DNA of 64,000 nucleotides, taken from assembly GCA_964016885.1 (NCBI GenBank), contig OZ024743.1:67766001-67830000 (forward strand), given 5' to 3'. The position numbers were made by a program, and so were the translations under genes. Below are positions 39,831 to 54,811 of this stretch, piece by piece. This DNA comes from Eledone cirrhosa. Taxonomy: Eukaryota. The first letter of the stretch is position 1, and each line of letters starts with the position of its first letter. Below the pieces are notes generated by a model. It was not told the origin of the DNA and searched no databases. It worked only from the letters and a program-made list of their open reading frames with translations.

Positions 39831-41036
39831 CTGCTTTCATTCCTTATCCCTTTAGTTTTAGTTCATTATTATTATTATTATAAGTTTTCTACCGTTTATT
39901 GATTTTAGTATTTCTAGTTTTCTTAGCTGTTTTAGCCCATTTATCATCTTAACCATTATTACATTTTTACTTATCCTTGACGACTTATTTATTTCTATCT
40001 TTATTTTTATCCCTGGTTGGAGTGTATCTTATTGAATAGTTTAATTTTAGTCTCCTTCATCTAAGGCTAATGAACCTCATCCTTTCTACACTTAAACTTC
40101 GCCTTATTGAATATATATATATTATAATTTTATGTTCCTTCTTGCCCTCCGTAGTTTTACTTCTTTCTGTTCCCCTTTGTCTACCATAGTTTTAATTGGA
40201 GTTTTTACGTTGGATAACGTTAGTCGTCATGACGGATTTTAATACGTCTTCGATAAAAGTATTAGCTCATTTATTGAAATATCTTGCTCTATATCCACAT
40301 TGATGTCTTACATTTTATTCCATATGAAGTGACCCGTAATGTTTATTCAACTATTATAAGATTAATTAAATTAATAAGGGTTTCAATTCAATTCTTTTGA
40401 TTTAGATTAGTAGTATCTTCTAGTTTCACCTAACGGTTTGATGCGCCTACTGTGAATTTGTGACTGTGTTTATTTTTGTTTTCATTTTACTTTGCTACCA
40501 CATACTGTCTGTCTTTCCTTTCATCTGTCACTCGTGTCTTTGAACTCACCGTGTAAATATGTCTTAAGCTTTGCCCCTTGATATTGTGTGTCTGCTATTG
40601 AAATATTAATATTAATATATTATATTGTATTATATGTAATTGAATTATAAGTATGTATCCGGTATTGAAATACTGATATGTAATATTATATGGATTTGAA
40701 CTGCCTATATATCCGTATATTTATTGTCTATTATATATATTTATTTATATATATATATTTTTCACCATACTTTTAAATATTATATGGTATTATTATATTT
40801 TTTTACCCTGTGAAATACATTATGCGTTTATACACAATCTGTTGACTGTAAATGATACATAGGATGTATTTTTATATATTCTTTTAATGTCAATATATTA
40901 TTTTCATTGATTTTGGTATTGTTTAATCACACCGTCAGGGTGATTATTCTATTATAATGCTTATATTTTTTTATATTTATATTTGTGTTATTATGTGTAC
41001 GTGTAAATGTGTATATATATGTGTCAGAGTGAGTGT

Positions 41037-41083
<47 letters not shown>

Positions 41084-41367
41084 GTTTTATTTTATTTCTG
41101 TATTATCTATTGTATGATATTGTATATTGTATTATAATTCTCACATTGTATTTCAAGTATTGGACTTATATTGTACTTTTAACGTGGGTTTGTTTAATGT
41201 TTAATGTCTTGCTTGCTCTATTGCCCTATAGCCTTTATTTACAAATGCACCATATTAGGTTTAGCATGACTTTCCATGATAATTCTCCCAAATTTTCATA
41301 AATATCCATTCCATGTTCTTCTGTGTTTTGGCCTGTTCTGGCCGTTAATACCTCTTGTCTTTTTTCC

Positions 41368-41412
41368 TTGCTCTGATGAGTCCTGGTTAATGGGACGAAA
41401 CACTGTCAGCAA
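41368..41412 (+). ncRNA. type I hammerhead ribozyme with canonical core
   Basis: TTGCT-CTGATGA-GTCC..GGAC-GAAAC-ACT-GTC-AGCAA; GUC triplet; AATAAA at 41412-41417. Confidence 0.85.
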
Positions 41413-41557
41413 ATAAACATTTTTGATGTATTGAAGGTTTCTTTGTTTATTTTATATAATTTTTCGGCTCTGTTGGATAACATTGAGCTATACCCTATAC
41501 TGTCTTTTCTCTAATACGACGAGTGTGTTTAACTCCAATGCACTCAAGTATTCTAAT

Positions 41558-41600
<43 letters not shown>

Positions 41601-42005
41601 CTGGGGTTCTATATATCTATACGCATATGTGTTAATGTTATGGGTGTATATATGCCTGTACGTGCCGATGTGCATGCATGGATAGTGTGTAAATGTAGTG
41701 TATTGTAGTGTAATGTAGTGTAATGTAGTGTAATATAATGTAACGTATAACATAAGATGGCGTGTGCATAGTTAGAAGAAGGATATAATATGAGCAATTG
41801 TCTAATTATGACAAATCACACTAATGTTTTCTGTGTGAATGTTGAAGCAGAAGGATATGTGTGTGATTTCATCACAGATTAAGAAAGAACAACACAAATA
41901 CTAGAATGAATTCGTGACTAAATGTTAATTAGAAATAAATTTTATTTCTATTCAATCACGAATATCAGCCTTTCTTGAACTTTCAACGTCCGGTTTTAAT
42001 GCTCC

Positions 42006-42041
<36 letters not shown>

Positions 42042-42045
42042 GTGT

Positions 42046-42119
<74 letters not shown>

Positions 42120-42318
42120 GTGGGTACTTACGTATGTATATATGTAAAAATACGTGTTTGTATACGTGCGTGTATATATACGTGTATAAATATATGTTAC
42201 AAATTATATATATATATATATATATACATGCATATGTATTATGTCTGCGTGAATATGTTTCTGTTAATCTAATTCTATATGTACGTGTGAATATATACAC
42301 ACACACACACACACACTA

Positions 42319-42356
<38 letters not shown>

Positions 42357-43006
42357 CGGAAAACAACTTTATTTTGTTAACTTACAACATATGGATATAT
42401 GATATACATTTGTTTTTCGGTGTTGGTCTTTCGCCATTGTTGAAACGTGTTGCTGTAGTTGAATTTAGTGTGTCCCTTGTCAAAGCAGTTGTTATTTTAT
42501 TTTAAACATAGATTCTGTTGCTGTTGTTAATGTTAATGATGATGACAATGAGGATGATGCTGATGATGATGATGTTTTTGAAATTATTTTAGTTATTGTT
42601 AATATTCATGATGTTGTTGTGGATGATGATGGTGATTTTATTTTGCATTCGCTTTTGTTATTGTTAATGTCGATGGTAATGTTTGTTGGGTATGCTGTTG
42701 GTAATATCGATCTACCGGTTATTGTATACGTTTTCTCCTTGTTGTTGTTGTTGTTGTTATTATCACACTGTACATGTTTTCGTTCTACTCGACAACTCTA
42801 TACATAACCACCTTAATAAACACGGTATTCTTGCACTTCTTATAAATATTTACCTACATACACAGCTCGACCAAAATTGCATCAACAAAAGTAATTCTCT
42901 AGAGTTATACACACATATATATATATATCCATACATACACAGGCATACATATATACATACATAAATATATACATACGTAGATATATACCTATATGCTTAC
43001 TTTCAA

Positions 43007-43070
<64 letters not shown>

Positions 43071-43286
43071 ACACACATACAAATATCCATACATACACAG
43101 GCATACATATATACATACATAAATATATACATGCGTAGATATACACCTATATGCTTACATTTAAACATACATATATGTATATGTATACAAAGATACACAA
43201 ACACACGCGCACACTTACATATGTATATGTATATATATATATATGTGTGTATATATAATTATATAGATATATCGATACATAGATGG

Positions 43287-43331
<45 letters not shown>

Positions 43332-43974
43332 CTGAGAGAGAGTGGGAGAGAGAAGGGAGTGAGAGCGAGAGCTTGGGAGAGAGAGAGAGTTAGAGAGAGA
43401 GAGTGAGAGATAGAGATATATATATATATATAGAGAGAGATTGAGAGAGAGAGGGAGAGAGCGAAAGGAAAGATATTTGAATAAAACAACAGGAGGCCGG
43501 ATTGGTGTTGTCCATTTAAAGTTATTTTGTTGCAAAAACAATATGTATATTTCAATTGTCAGGTTATCTAAAACCCTGGCGATATCATCAGGTTCGAATT
43601 GCATAATTAGTTAATCAATACATTAATTACAGCATGCACAAACAGAGATAATATGTATGTAAAGGCTGCCTCCGAATTACGAATACTCACGATATGGAAT
43701 TCTGCCCTTAGAGGGTTTGATCAATAATTTCTGGTATTATTCTGGTGTTTCCCTCGCACTGAAATTTGTGAAATTTTCTAATTAAAAACTATACATATTT
43801 CTTTGCCAAAAGCCACTTGCTTGGAATTCTAACATCCATATTTAGTGAGCATTTTGAAAAGGATTAATTCACGCTCCGTGCTAACACATGTATGATTGTA
43901 TGTTATTTTGTGAGTGTGTATGCGTGTGTGTGTATGCACGAATTTGTGTGTATTTATAAGTAAAGTGGGAGTTT

Positions 43975-44310
43975 TAAGGACGATAAGAACGTACCAGGAA
44001 GTATTTTCTAACCATCGATATGATATCTGAAAGTAATTGTTCTTTCCGTATGCTATTAGGCTTTATATATGTATTATATATTATAACTTCATAATTCCCA
44101 AAATATAATCTACAGAAACTCCATAGAAAATCCCAGAAGGCAATTTGATTTGTAGACAATTCCAAGAACTTGTCATTAGGAATGCAAGCTTGAAAATCCT
44201 GAAAATAATAGTAATCATGGAAAGATTCAACATTATGAATGCGGTAAACAACATAAAAAGTCTTGGATTGGAGTGAAAATCTCACATGTAAAATGTGTTA
44301 GGATCTTTAC
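43975..44310 (+). pseudogene. highly degenerate pogo/Tigger-like DDE transposase fragment
   Basis: Frameshifted translation D.NVPG..KVIVL..F.KY.L..FNIMNAVNNIK..W..VK resembles the Tigger DDE C-terminal region. Confidence 0.35.
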
Positions 44311-44759
44311 AATTATTCACAGAAAGACTAATTCAAATTTGAGCATCTTCAAGCATGTTCTTTATAATATCCCTTTCTGTGATTTTTGTAATGTTCAGCC
44401 ACTCAATAATTGGCACTGAGCTCCAGTGGTCCTTGCGTTTAGTGATAAAATTTAACACCTGGTTTCATATAATTACATGAATATTCAATGCAGTTAGCAG
44501 TGACCACCCATGTGCAAGCATTCAATGCACGTCCTCGAATTGAATACATATTTCCTCATCCTTCACAAAGGACTTAGTAGCCCCTGTAAAACTAAAATCT
44601 GTATAGACGAAGTAATTAAACACCTTTATTCCCATGCCACGTAATAAAGAGACTGTTTCGTTTATTATTCTAGTTCAGCTACGAATCGCACCCTCTTGAG
44701 TAGCTGTGTAATCCCATGCAGCGTACCCAACTATTAATTTTTGGAAGCATTTCTTGCCC

Positions 44760-45120
44760 CTGGCGAAGGGTCTTCAGAGTAACGTTACTCGGGAAATAGC
44801 GTAGTTCGGAGGTCAGAGAGTCACTCCATGTAGAGCTGCTATTTTTCCGACTTGAGAGATCACAGCTCCGATACTATGGGCATGTGGTGAGAAGTTCTCA
44901 TAAAAGAAATACTGGACAGATTTTACGGGCAAAGCAAACCGGCAAGAGTCCCAAGGATAGATTCGGAGCAAGTGGGCTGGATAAAATGCATGAGTTTGGC
45001 TGGTCTCGTTTGGGGATCCAGTCGGATTAGTTGGAGACGGTTTCTTCTGACAGGACCCGCTGGAAAGTGTTTAAGGACTCTGCCCTAACTACCCTCTCAG
45101 GAGTATGCGAACGAAGAAGT
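44760..45120 (+). mobile_element. RTE-clade LINE 3' fragment (Rex3/Expander-like)
   Basis: RRVFRVTL..RSSEVRESLHVELLFFRLERSQLRYYGHVVR..WSRLGI..DRTRW. Confidence 0.75.
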
Positions 45121-45665
45121 ATAAGTAGAGAAGCTTTCGTACGAAAGAGAAATCTGCCCTTTGTTTGTTTTTAGAAGGTAGGGTGCAATTTGAGTGGAAT
45201 TTGGCTGCTATTTCAATTTGACGCAGCTAGCTATATGCAGAGTTCCATACATGATTGTGATGGCGGTTACAATGAACAGTTGCATAATTTACTTCTACAG
45301 CTCTGCAATTCATATTATATGTTTCCCAGAAGCCTTTAACATGTAGACTGACACTTGTGATTATAGATTAGTTCTTGCTGACGCTGTACAGCCCAAGGTC
45401 AGTTCTAATCGATCGAGCAGCTATTGTGTCAATTTTATTTTCCTTCACATTAGAAATATGTTGGGGCGAAGATAAAGACACCGACATTTTTCCTTCACAT
45501 ATTACATGACATGAATATATCTTGATTTAAGCGTCTCCTTCGTTTCATTTCGGAAGCACAATCAGAAATCTTCAAGCAAAGCCGGTGCAATTTGAATTAT
45601 CTCGGAGGCAGTATCCTGAAGGAACTATGCAAGCAAGAAAACAATGGCAACCATTTCGCTTGCTG

Positions 45666-45753
<88 letters not shown>

Positions 45754-45821
45754 ATATATATATCGTAGATTTTGGTAGATTTACCTACACACACATATAT
45801 ATATATATACATACATACACT

Positions 45822-45893
<72 letters not shown>

Positions 45894-46771
45894 ACTAACC
45901 CTTATCTCTCTCTATATCTCTCTTTCTCACTCTCTCTCGCTCTCTCTCTCTCTGCTTACAGGCACACATGTGTGCACGCAAATACACATATGTACACATA
46001 TATACACATACATACAGAAGCATAGACACATACACAATCATACACACAAACATACACGCAAACCATATATATATATAAACCTAGCTTATTCCATCACAGC
46101 ACAAAGTGATCCCTGTAAGCACTTGCATGTTCATAGAGAACATTCAATTGTTTATTAATAAACTAGGACTTAAACACATCATACAAACTAATATAACTTA
46201 AGCTCACTTAATCGATGTTACCTTGGAGCTAGAAAACTCTCTCTCTAATATCGCTTTCACAATCGAGTCTGTGCATCAAATTGACATCCCCTGCAACTAC
46301 ACTAGCAATATGAAAATACACTATGCACTAAAATCTCCCTAACGGTCGCGAGCATCCCGGTCAAAGAGGACAATATAGGACAACTCTACTACAAAGAATA
46401 TGTCGCCACTACTGTAGTTCAGGATATGATCCCTTACATCGACACTTCATCTAAAATCTCTAACCGAGATAAACGCAGAACTCCTCCTTCAAACTAATAA
46501 TGTCCACCCCAGTAGCTAGATCCTTCTTCGGACTAAGCAGCATAACTATTACACTATCCTTAATATAAATACAATTAGACTATCATGTTTTACCACATAT
46601 CAAACTAGCAAGAAATATGCCTAACTCAAACATAAAAAAATTAATATACACCACCTAAAGTTGTTATCACGAATTCTGTAAATTACCCTACAAGAGCCCC
46701 AGCTCACTGGATTTATTGTGTACAAATAAGAAAGCATATATAGGGATAACATCCAGCACATAAACCCACAG

Positions 46772-46877
<106 letters not shown>

Positions 46878-47863
46878 ACACACACATACACACATACACA
46901 CACACATCCAAGTATGGCCGGAGCCGTAAAAATAAATATAAATAAATAAAAATGAAAATATGAAAATATTAAAAATACCAATCGATGCATTAGTTGATCC
47001 AACAAATACCAACATTGTCTACCAGAGAAAGCCAATATATCAACAAAGGATTATGTACTATTAAATACGAAGTGTACTTTAGGCTCAAAGTGGTGACATG
47101 AGAAGCGTTAGCTCTAAAGACAGTTCAAACTACATAATGGATAAATACCTGGGATTATATTCATCGGTCAGCAACGAAAATACATTTTAGAAAATGAAAA
47201 AAAAAAAAGAAAATGAGTATTATTTCATAGAAACAATTCAAAATATCATCTGAAGAAAAAGTTTGTTTAAAATCCACTAACACAAGCACAGGGAGGTTTA
47301 TATCGATCCCAATCAATTTTACAATATTTCCATTTCCAATGTATAGGTGCGGGCTGATTTTGTGATCAGGGTGATAACGTCGGAAACATGAGATTCGGGT
47401 TTACTCCCGTTCCATGGCAAGTGCCTGATATTCACCAATGGCTTGTGTGTGAAATCTAGTCGAGTGAAACATATATGTATATGTTTTTTGTTAGCATTTT
47501 AGTATGGTCAACCTGGGTAAAGAACCAGAACTAATACTACTATGCATTTCTCCGGCGATATAACAATTCCGCTAATTCAACTTTCTCTGGGTAGGTCTAA
47601 AATAAAATAATGAAAACTAATGCCGGTTAAAAGCGTAGAAGGTGTTTGGAGATATTTTTCTAAAAGAGTGCCGGAGGAGTTTGTCTAAATATAGTTTGGC
47701 AGTTGGTGTTGTAGGTAGTAATAAATTATTAGATTCTCAGGAGGCTTGATTTATTTTCGGTGAAGGAGGCTCTTGCTGTAAGCAAAACAGTGATGGAGAG
47801 ATGAGCTCACACATCATTATTCGCATGCACGCACATAGAAAGTACAATTTAAAAAAACGCATG

Positions 47864-47989
<126 letters not shown>

Positions 47990-48551
47990 CATGCATACAT
48001 ACGTATATATATATATATATGTACGTATATATATATACATATATATTTGTGTGTGTCTGTGTGTGTGTGTGTGTGTGTAAATGAAATAACAGTGAATAAG
48101 CATTTAAAATGTTCAACCTATTTTGCCCTACGAACGTTTCAAGCAGGGGGGCAGGCCGTGTCTCAATAGATATACTGGCGTCGGTCTGTTGCTCTTCATA
48201 ACCTCAGGAGCATAGATGTTGTTGTAATCATTGAAATACAAACAAACAAAAGGGGACATTATAATACAGGTTAGATTCATAAAGCAAAAAAAAAAACGGC
48301 ATGTCTGGTGTTATATTAAAAAGCGACAAATGGTGTACGTAAGATCAGAAGCAGTGAAATGGAGAAATAAAAATTCACTTCTTTTATTAAAATTTTGACT
48401 TCTGCAGTTCGTGCCATAACCGTCCATAATGTAATGAACAGAGTTTGAAATATCATCCAATGTTTTGGATTACTGATTGACCAAGGATACTGACTAGCAT
48501 CGAGCTATCCTTTACCAGGATATATACTGATAAACACCAATATAAACTAAC

Positions 48552-48613
<62 letters not shown>

Positions 48614-48646
48614 GTTTCAACAGTAGTTATAGTAGTTATATATAAC

Positions 48647-48710
<64 letters not shown>

Positions 48711-48714
<4 letters not shown>

Positions 48715-49030
48715 GTTATTCAAGAAACGCATAGGATTATCCTGAATGCAGTAATGGTTAATAACTACACTAGATAGAGTTGACGTACGGTGAGGGGTTA
48801 CTCAACGAGTTATGGAAGAATAGTTGAAGAATCTCAGTTTCTGATCCTTCTGTATTCCGGAGTGTAGATAAAGAATGAATAATAACAGGTAGACATCATA
48901 AAAAGGTAATTTATTCCGAGTGCTTCCAAATGTTTCAACAGTAGTTAAAATACTATAAATACTATTGAAACATTTGTAAGCACAAGGAATAAATTACCTT
49001 TTTTATGACGTCTACCTGTTATTATTCATT

Positions 49031-49036
<6 letters not shown>
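48711..49036. mobile_element. fold-back insertion carrying an HHR 3' half
   Basis: Arms 48868-48945 / 48960-49036 with GAAAC-ATTT-GTA-AGCAC..AATAAA; tail 48711-48867; TA flanks. Confidence 0.8.
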
Positions 49037-49086
<50 letters not shown>

Positions 49087-49088
<2 letters not shown>

Positions 49089-49192
49089 CGGAGGAAATGT
49101 GGTAAGGAACCAGGTGGACCATAACGCACCAAAGTACTCAATACTTAGGGAGGTAGAGTGTGTAATAGGAACGAGTAGGACCCCGACGGCTG
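49087..49192. mobile_element. TA-embedded repeat family H, single arm
   Basis: Reverse-complement homolog of 58970-59075. Confidence 0.8.
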
Positions 49193-49223
49193 ATATATAT
49201 ATATGTGGGGGGGGGTATAGATG

Positions 49224-49260
<37 letters not shown>

Positions 49261-49262
49261 TA

Positions 49263-50077
49263 TAGAGAAAAGCATGTCCAGAGAATTATTTGATAATATA
49301 TATACATCATATCTACTCCCAATCACCATAATTAACCACACAAAAAATCAATTAGACCAGGCTATAAGAATAAAAGGCATCTATGAAGAAACAGTAAATA
49401 AATACGCCAATGCGGCGTCTTCGCGTCCAACCGCTATAGAATATTTACCCAACATTTCAACAGCACGTGGAAATTCATTAAATATACGGTCAACCATACA
49501 TAATTAGGTAAAAATTAATGTTAGAAATGCTTATATACATACCAGGATTAAATCACTAAATCCCGACCCAAGGGTTTCGCTCACTTTTGAGATACCTTAT
49601 TAAGGATAATACTCTAGTTTTAGAGCTCTTCAGGGGACAAACTAGCAAGGACATATTAATTTCCGAAGTGGCCCCCGCCAAACACGAATTCAAAATGATT
49701 GAGAACTGTGACGTGGCAGTGGTCATGTCAGGAAGGGTGTGATTGTTTGCTTAAGGCGAGTGGATTGGTTGCTAGAAAGCGCAGCCCAATATCGCCCAAA
49801 TTTTATCTCAACCTTATGGGAGATTATTAAATATAAATATTTACACATACACCAATTAAACAAAGTCACAGGTATATATGTGGTTAATTATGCTGATTGG
49901 GAGTAGAGACGATGTATATATATTATCAAATAATTCTCTGGACATGCTTTACTCTAGAGTATTTTGCTCTGATTATTTAATTTATTAATTCTTCATTGAA
50001 CCACATCGTGAAAAGTTGCCAAAACACATATATACCTGTGACTTTGTTTAATTGGTGTATGTGTAAATATTTATATT
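49263..50077. mobile_element. complex double fold-back element with HHR
   Basis: Inverted pairs 49263-49340 / 49879-49956 and 49830-49882 / 50025-50077; TA flanks. Confidence 0.8.
49561..49637 (-). ncRNA. type I hammerhead ribozyme, intact core, extended stem II
   Basis: Minus strand TCCC-CTGAAGA-GCTC-[40 nt]-GAGC-GAAAC-CCTTGG-GTC-GGGA. Confidence 0.85.
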
Positions 50078-50256
50078 ATATATATACATGTATGTGTGTG
50101 TGAGTGTAAAGTGACAATAAGAATTGCAACGTTTTGTAAACTTTATTACATATCACAAATTGTTTCCATATCGATCAGCTCGGGTTTGATCATGCGTTTG
50201 GATCCCGATTCTTAATCGACACTTCTTCTGATATGAAACTTTACATATATATATAT

Positions 50257-52057
50257 CATAATCATCATCATCATCTTCTTTTAACGTCACTCTTCCACGC
50301 TACCATGAGTTAGGCGGGAGTTGTCCCACTTGAGGCAAGGTTGGTTGGGTGACCGTGTCTCCCTCATATAGGACTATCTGGCAGGTTTTGTACGGCTGGA
50401 TGCCCTTCCTAACACTAACCACATTTACAGTGTGGACTGGGAACTTTTTTACCGTGTTTCCTGCACGACCACATTACAGCGTGGACTGTGTGTTTTTATT
50501 TTTTTTGTCGTGACACCTACACAATCTCGATCTCAATCTCATTTATTTGGACTTGATGTTGTGGTACCAACTTTACAGAGAGAGGGTGGTGTTAGGGGAA
50601 GTGGGGGAATAGGGTAGGTGTAGTGGATTGGGGTGTATATTTGGTTAAGAGGTGCCTACTGACTGTAGGTTTCGCTTTGAACATAGGCAATGCGGGTATT
50701 CTGTATCACTGCGTAGCGCCAAAGATCTCGCTCCAGTGACATTGTCTTAGAGAGGTGCAAGTGTGTAAGGTCGGAATTTATGAAAACGTCCCAGGTTTTT
50801 CTGGGTCTAACTACTCCGTAACTACCATCAATTTTGATCGCCCTGCACTTTTTTTTATACAGCTGTCGTCTTTCATGCGCATCACGTGACCATACAAACG
50901 TAGTCTTCTCTCAAGTAAACAGCATCTGATCCCTCTTATTCCTAATTTCCTACTTAGTTCATTTATATTTTGCCGTTCACGTATATTACTATTACACATC
51001 CAAAGGAGCATGCATGCTTCGTTCCTTTCCAGTCTGCCCAGGTCCTCTGCACACAATGCCCATGTCTCACTGCCATGTAACATTGCTGTTCGTATACAGC
51101 CAACATACAATGTGCCTTTCATTTTTAGAGAGAAACCTTTTGTGGCCAACAGCGGTATAAGCTCTCTGAACTTTTTCCATCCCGTTCTGACTCTGGCTAC
51201 TGTACTTTCAGAACACCCTCAATCACTGCTGATTTTGTCACCCAGGTAACGGAAAGTGTTCTCTATTTCTATAGAACCATCTGGGCAATAGAATGAGCTA
51301 GTATCCTGTGGGCACTTGTTACTTATTGCACCTGAATATCGGCTACTTATAAAATCTACGTTCTTAGATAGTTTACCTGTGATCCCACTACATCTTTTAT
51401 GTACCCATAGTTTGCATTTGGGACATAAAATGAAATTTCTACCTTCTCCTTTCTTACACACTGAGCATGGCCATTTCCATAAGGTCACCTGTGCCCTATA
51501 TTCCTTTCTACAAACTATAACTTTAGTCTTAGACAAGTTAACTTTAAGGCATTTTGATTCTAGACCATGCTTCCATGTTTGGAATTTCTTCTCTATTCAG
51601 CCATAGATTCAGCTATGAGAATTAGATCATCTGCGTATAGGAGTTCCCATGGGCAGTCGGTATTAAACTCCTCTGTTATAGCCTGAAGGACAATAATAAA
51701 TAGGAGGGGGCTAAGAACAGAGCCTTGATGAACACCAACTTTTACACTAAATTCTTTACAATATTCATTGTTAATTCTAACCTCACTGATTGTTTCTTTA
51801 TACATAGCTTGTATAGCTCTCACAAGCCATTCATCTACACCTAGTTTTCTAAGAGCCCACCAGATAATGGAGCGGGCGTCTCTGTCAAAGTCTTTCTCCA
51901 GGTCCACAAAAGCTAAGTAGAGGGGTTTACTTTTAGCTAGGTACTGCTCATGTAGTTGTCGTACAAGTAAAAGAGCGTCAGTGGTACTTTTACCTGACAC
52001 AAACCCAAACTGCATTTCATCTACATCAATTCGCTCTCTGAGTAGTTGCGCTATAAT
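50257..52057 (-). mobile_element. 5'-truncated RTE-clade LINE with (GAT)n tail
   Basis: QFGF..STTDA..AFVDLEK.FD..GVHQGSVLSPLLF..LLYADDL; KTKV; WPCSVC..C..C..WVHKRC insertion; FRYLG; MLHGSETW; RLRLYGHV; tail CATCATCAT at 50257-50275. Confidence 0.9.
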
Positions 52058-52613
52058 ACACACATATATATATATGTGTGTGTGTCTGTGTGTATTCATT
52101 TAAGTCTGGTGGTTCACCACTGGATAGAATTAGTCATTCCGTATAGTCAACCATGATGCAATATTAGGAAAAGCACTCCACGTTATGCAACTCATCCATC
52201 ATTGATGTTGAATCTTGTTGGTGGTGCGAGAACGGAGTTAATTATTATTGAGTTTAATGACAGGAGGCCTGACTGTGAAATTCCTTCAAGGATATATTAT
52301 AGCAAACGCTATGTACATTTTAGTGGCCATCTTTCGTAAGATCCATATATGTGTGTGTGGTTATTTGTTATATAATATAGAAATGATTTCTACGTCTAGA
52401 AAGGTTACATTAGTTTGAAATAAGTAGTACAGATATCCCCGGTGATCTAATACCGTTCTATTGACGAGGGACTCATTTCTATATGAAATAAATATGTACC
52501 TTCTCTGATAATTTATTGAGTATCTTATTTAACACTAGTTCTCTGGTTCTTGTCTGTTCCTCTTCGAAAATCATTTTAAAATATTTCTTTCTCTCTCTAT
52601 ATATATATATGTA

Positions 52614-52683
<70 letters not shown>

Positions 52684-52687
<4 letters not shown>

Positions 52688-52842
52688 GAAAGTTATATTT
52701 AAATTGTTGGGTTAACAACGAGTAAATATTTATAACTGATATATATGAAGGCATAACATATTGTTAATATGATATCCCTGAAATATATATAATGAAATAA
52801 ATATGGTTTTATAAATATAGTTTCCATTTATTTAATATCATA
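52684..52842. mobile_element. family A fragment (inverted tail plus partial HHR)
   Basis: Matches 38750-38808 (inverted) and 38628-38720. Confidence 0.8.
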
Positions 52843-52933
52843 TATATATATAAATATTTCTTTTTTTTCTTGATCGAATTTCGTCAAATCGGATAGAGGA
52901 AATAATGTTTCTATCGGTCGAAATCCTGGTAGA

Positions 52934-53296
<363 letters not shown>

Positions 53297-54202
53297 AATC
53301 AGGAAAGAAGGTTGACATGGTTTGCTAAACAAAAGAGATTTTTAATCTCACAGCTGACAATTGTTTCTCTGAACTGGTAGGTCTAGAGATCGGTATTCGC
53401 TTATTTTCACGTTACTCGATCGCCAATACAAAATTATAACCAGTCAGATCTTCGGAGCATGCGAGAATGAAGAGAATACACAGGCAAGAAAAGAATATAC
53501 AGGCTACTATATGAAGTAGTAATGGCATTCAATTAGAACAATAACAACAATTACAACAATGCTATTAATAAATTATTTGAGGAGACACTGACATTACTTA
53601 GGTGGGGGGTAAAACTAACTGTCATGAGGCAAAAGTAAGAGTTTGGCATGTACAGAGTATCGAAGTGTGTATCAATTTTAAATTATAAAGATAAGCCAGT
53701 GTTTACAGTGTTTACAGTGTTTACAACATAGGAATTACAGCATACCCGCAACATCACTATGAAAACGCCTTGTTGAGTCAAACCAAGCCAATCGTTAATA
53801 TCATCCACTACCTGTAATACCATAACTGGACTATACCTAAGTGGACTGCATTTAACTATTATTTGTTACCCCGTATATATATATATATATATATATAAAT
53901 GGAATAGAATGAAACGAAATTTCATTTCTCACTGTTAGTACGGCACTTACTTAAATGTAAGTATGTATGTATACGTACATACATATATGTATACAGACGT
54001 ACAGTAGCATGTATATATATACATACAGGCTGTTTGTTTGTTTACAAACGAACAAACCGAGCATTATAATAAATGTTCGGTAAACTGATACGTGCATATA
54101 TATATGTGTGCCTGGATGTATATATACATGCTACTGTACGTCTGTATACATATATGTATGTACGTATACATACATACTTACATTTATATATATATATGTA
54201 TG

Positions 54203-54267
<65 letters not shown>

Positions 54268-54302
54268 GGGAGATAGAGAGAGGGAGAGAGAGAGAGAGAG
54301 AG

Positions 54303-54717
<415 letters not shown>

Positions 54718-54811
54718 GTGTGTGTATAAAATGAAGGATAAGTCAGTAGCTTAGAATAAACATCTTGTATTCAATATACAATCGCTGATATGAATATATT
54801 TTTGGCTAATA

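Larger units (their letters stand above)
39207..41560 (+). mobile_element. 5'-truncated Penelope-like element (GIY-YIG domain, long 3' UTR, HHR)
   Basis: Endonuclease ORF, T-rich 3' UTR and terminal HHR, between (TA)n tracts. Confidence 0.75.

Noticed and set aside
48125-48205. Minus-strand ATGAAGA..GAAAC-GTTC-GTA hammerhead remnant (similar remnants at 20586-20630 and 53352-53400)
   Set aside because: Core bases or stem I are lost; too degenerate to call, though consistent with decayed family members.
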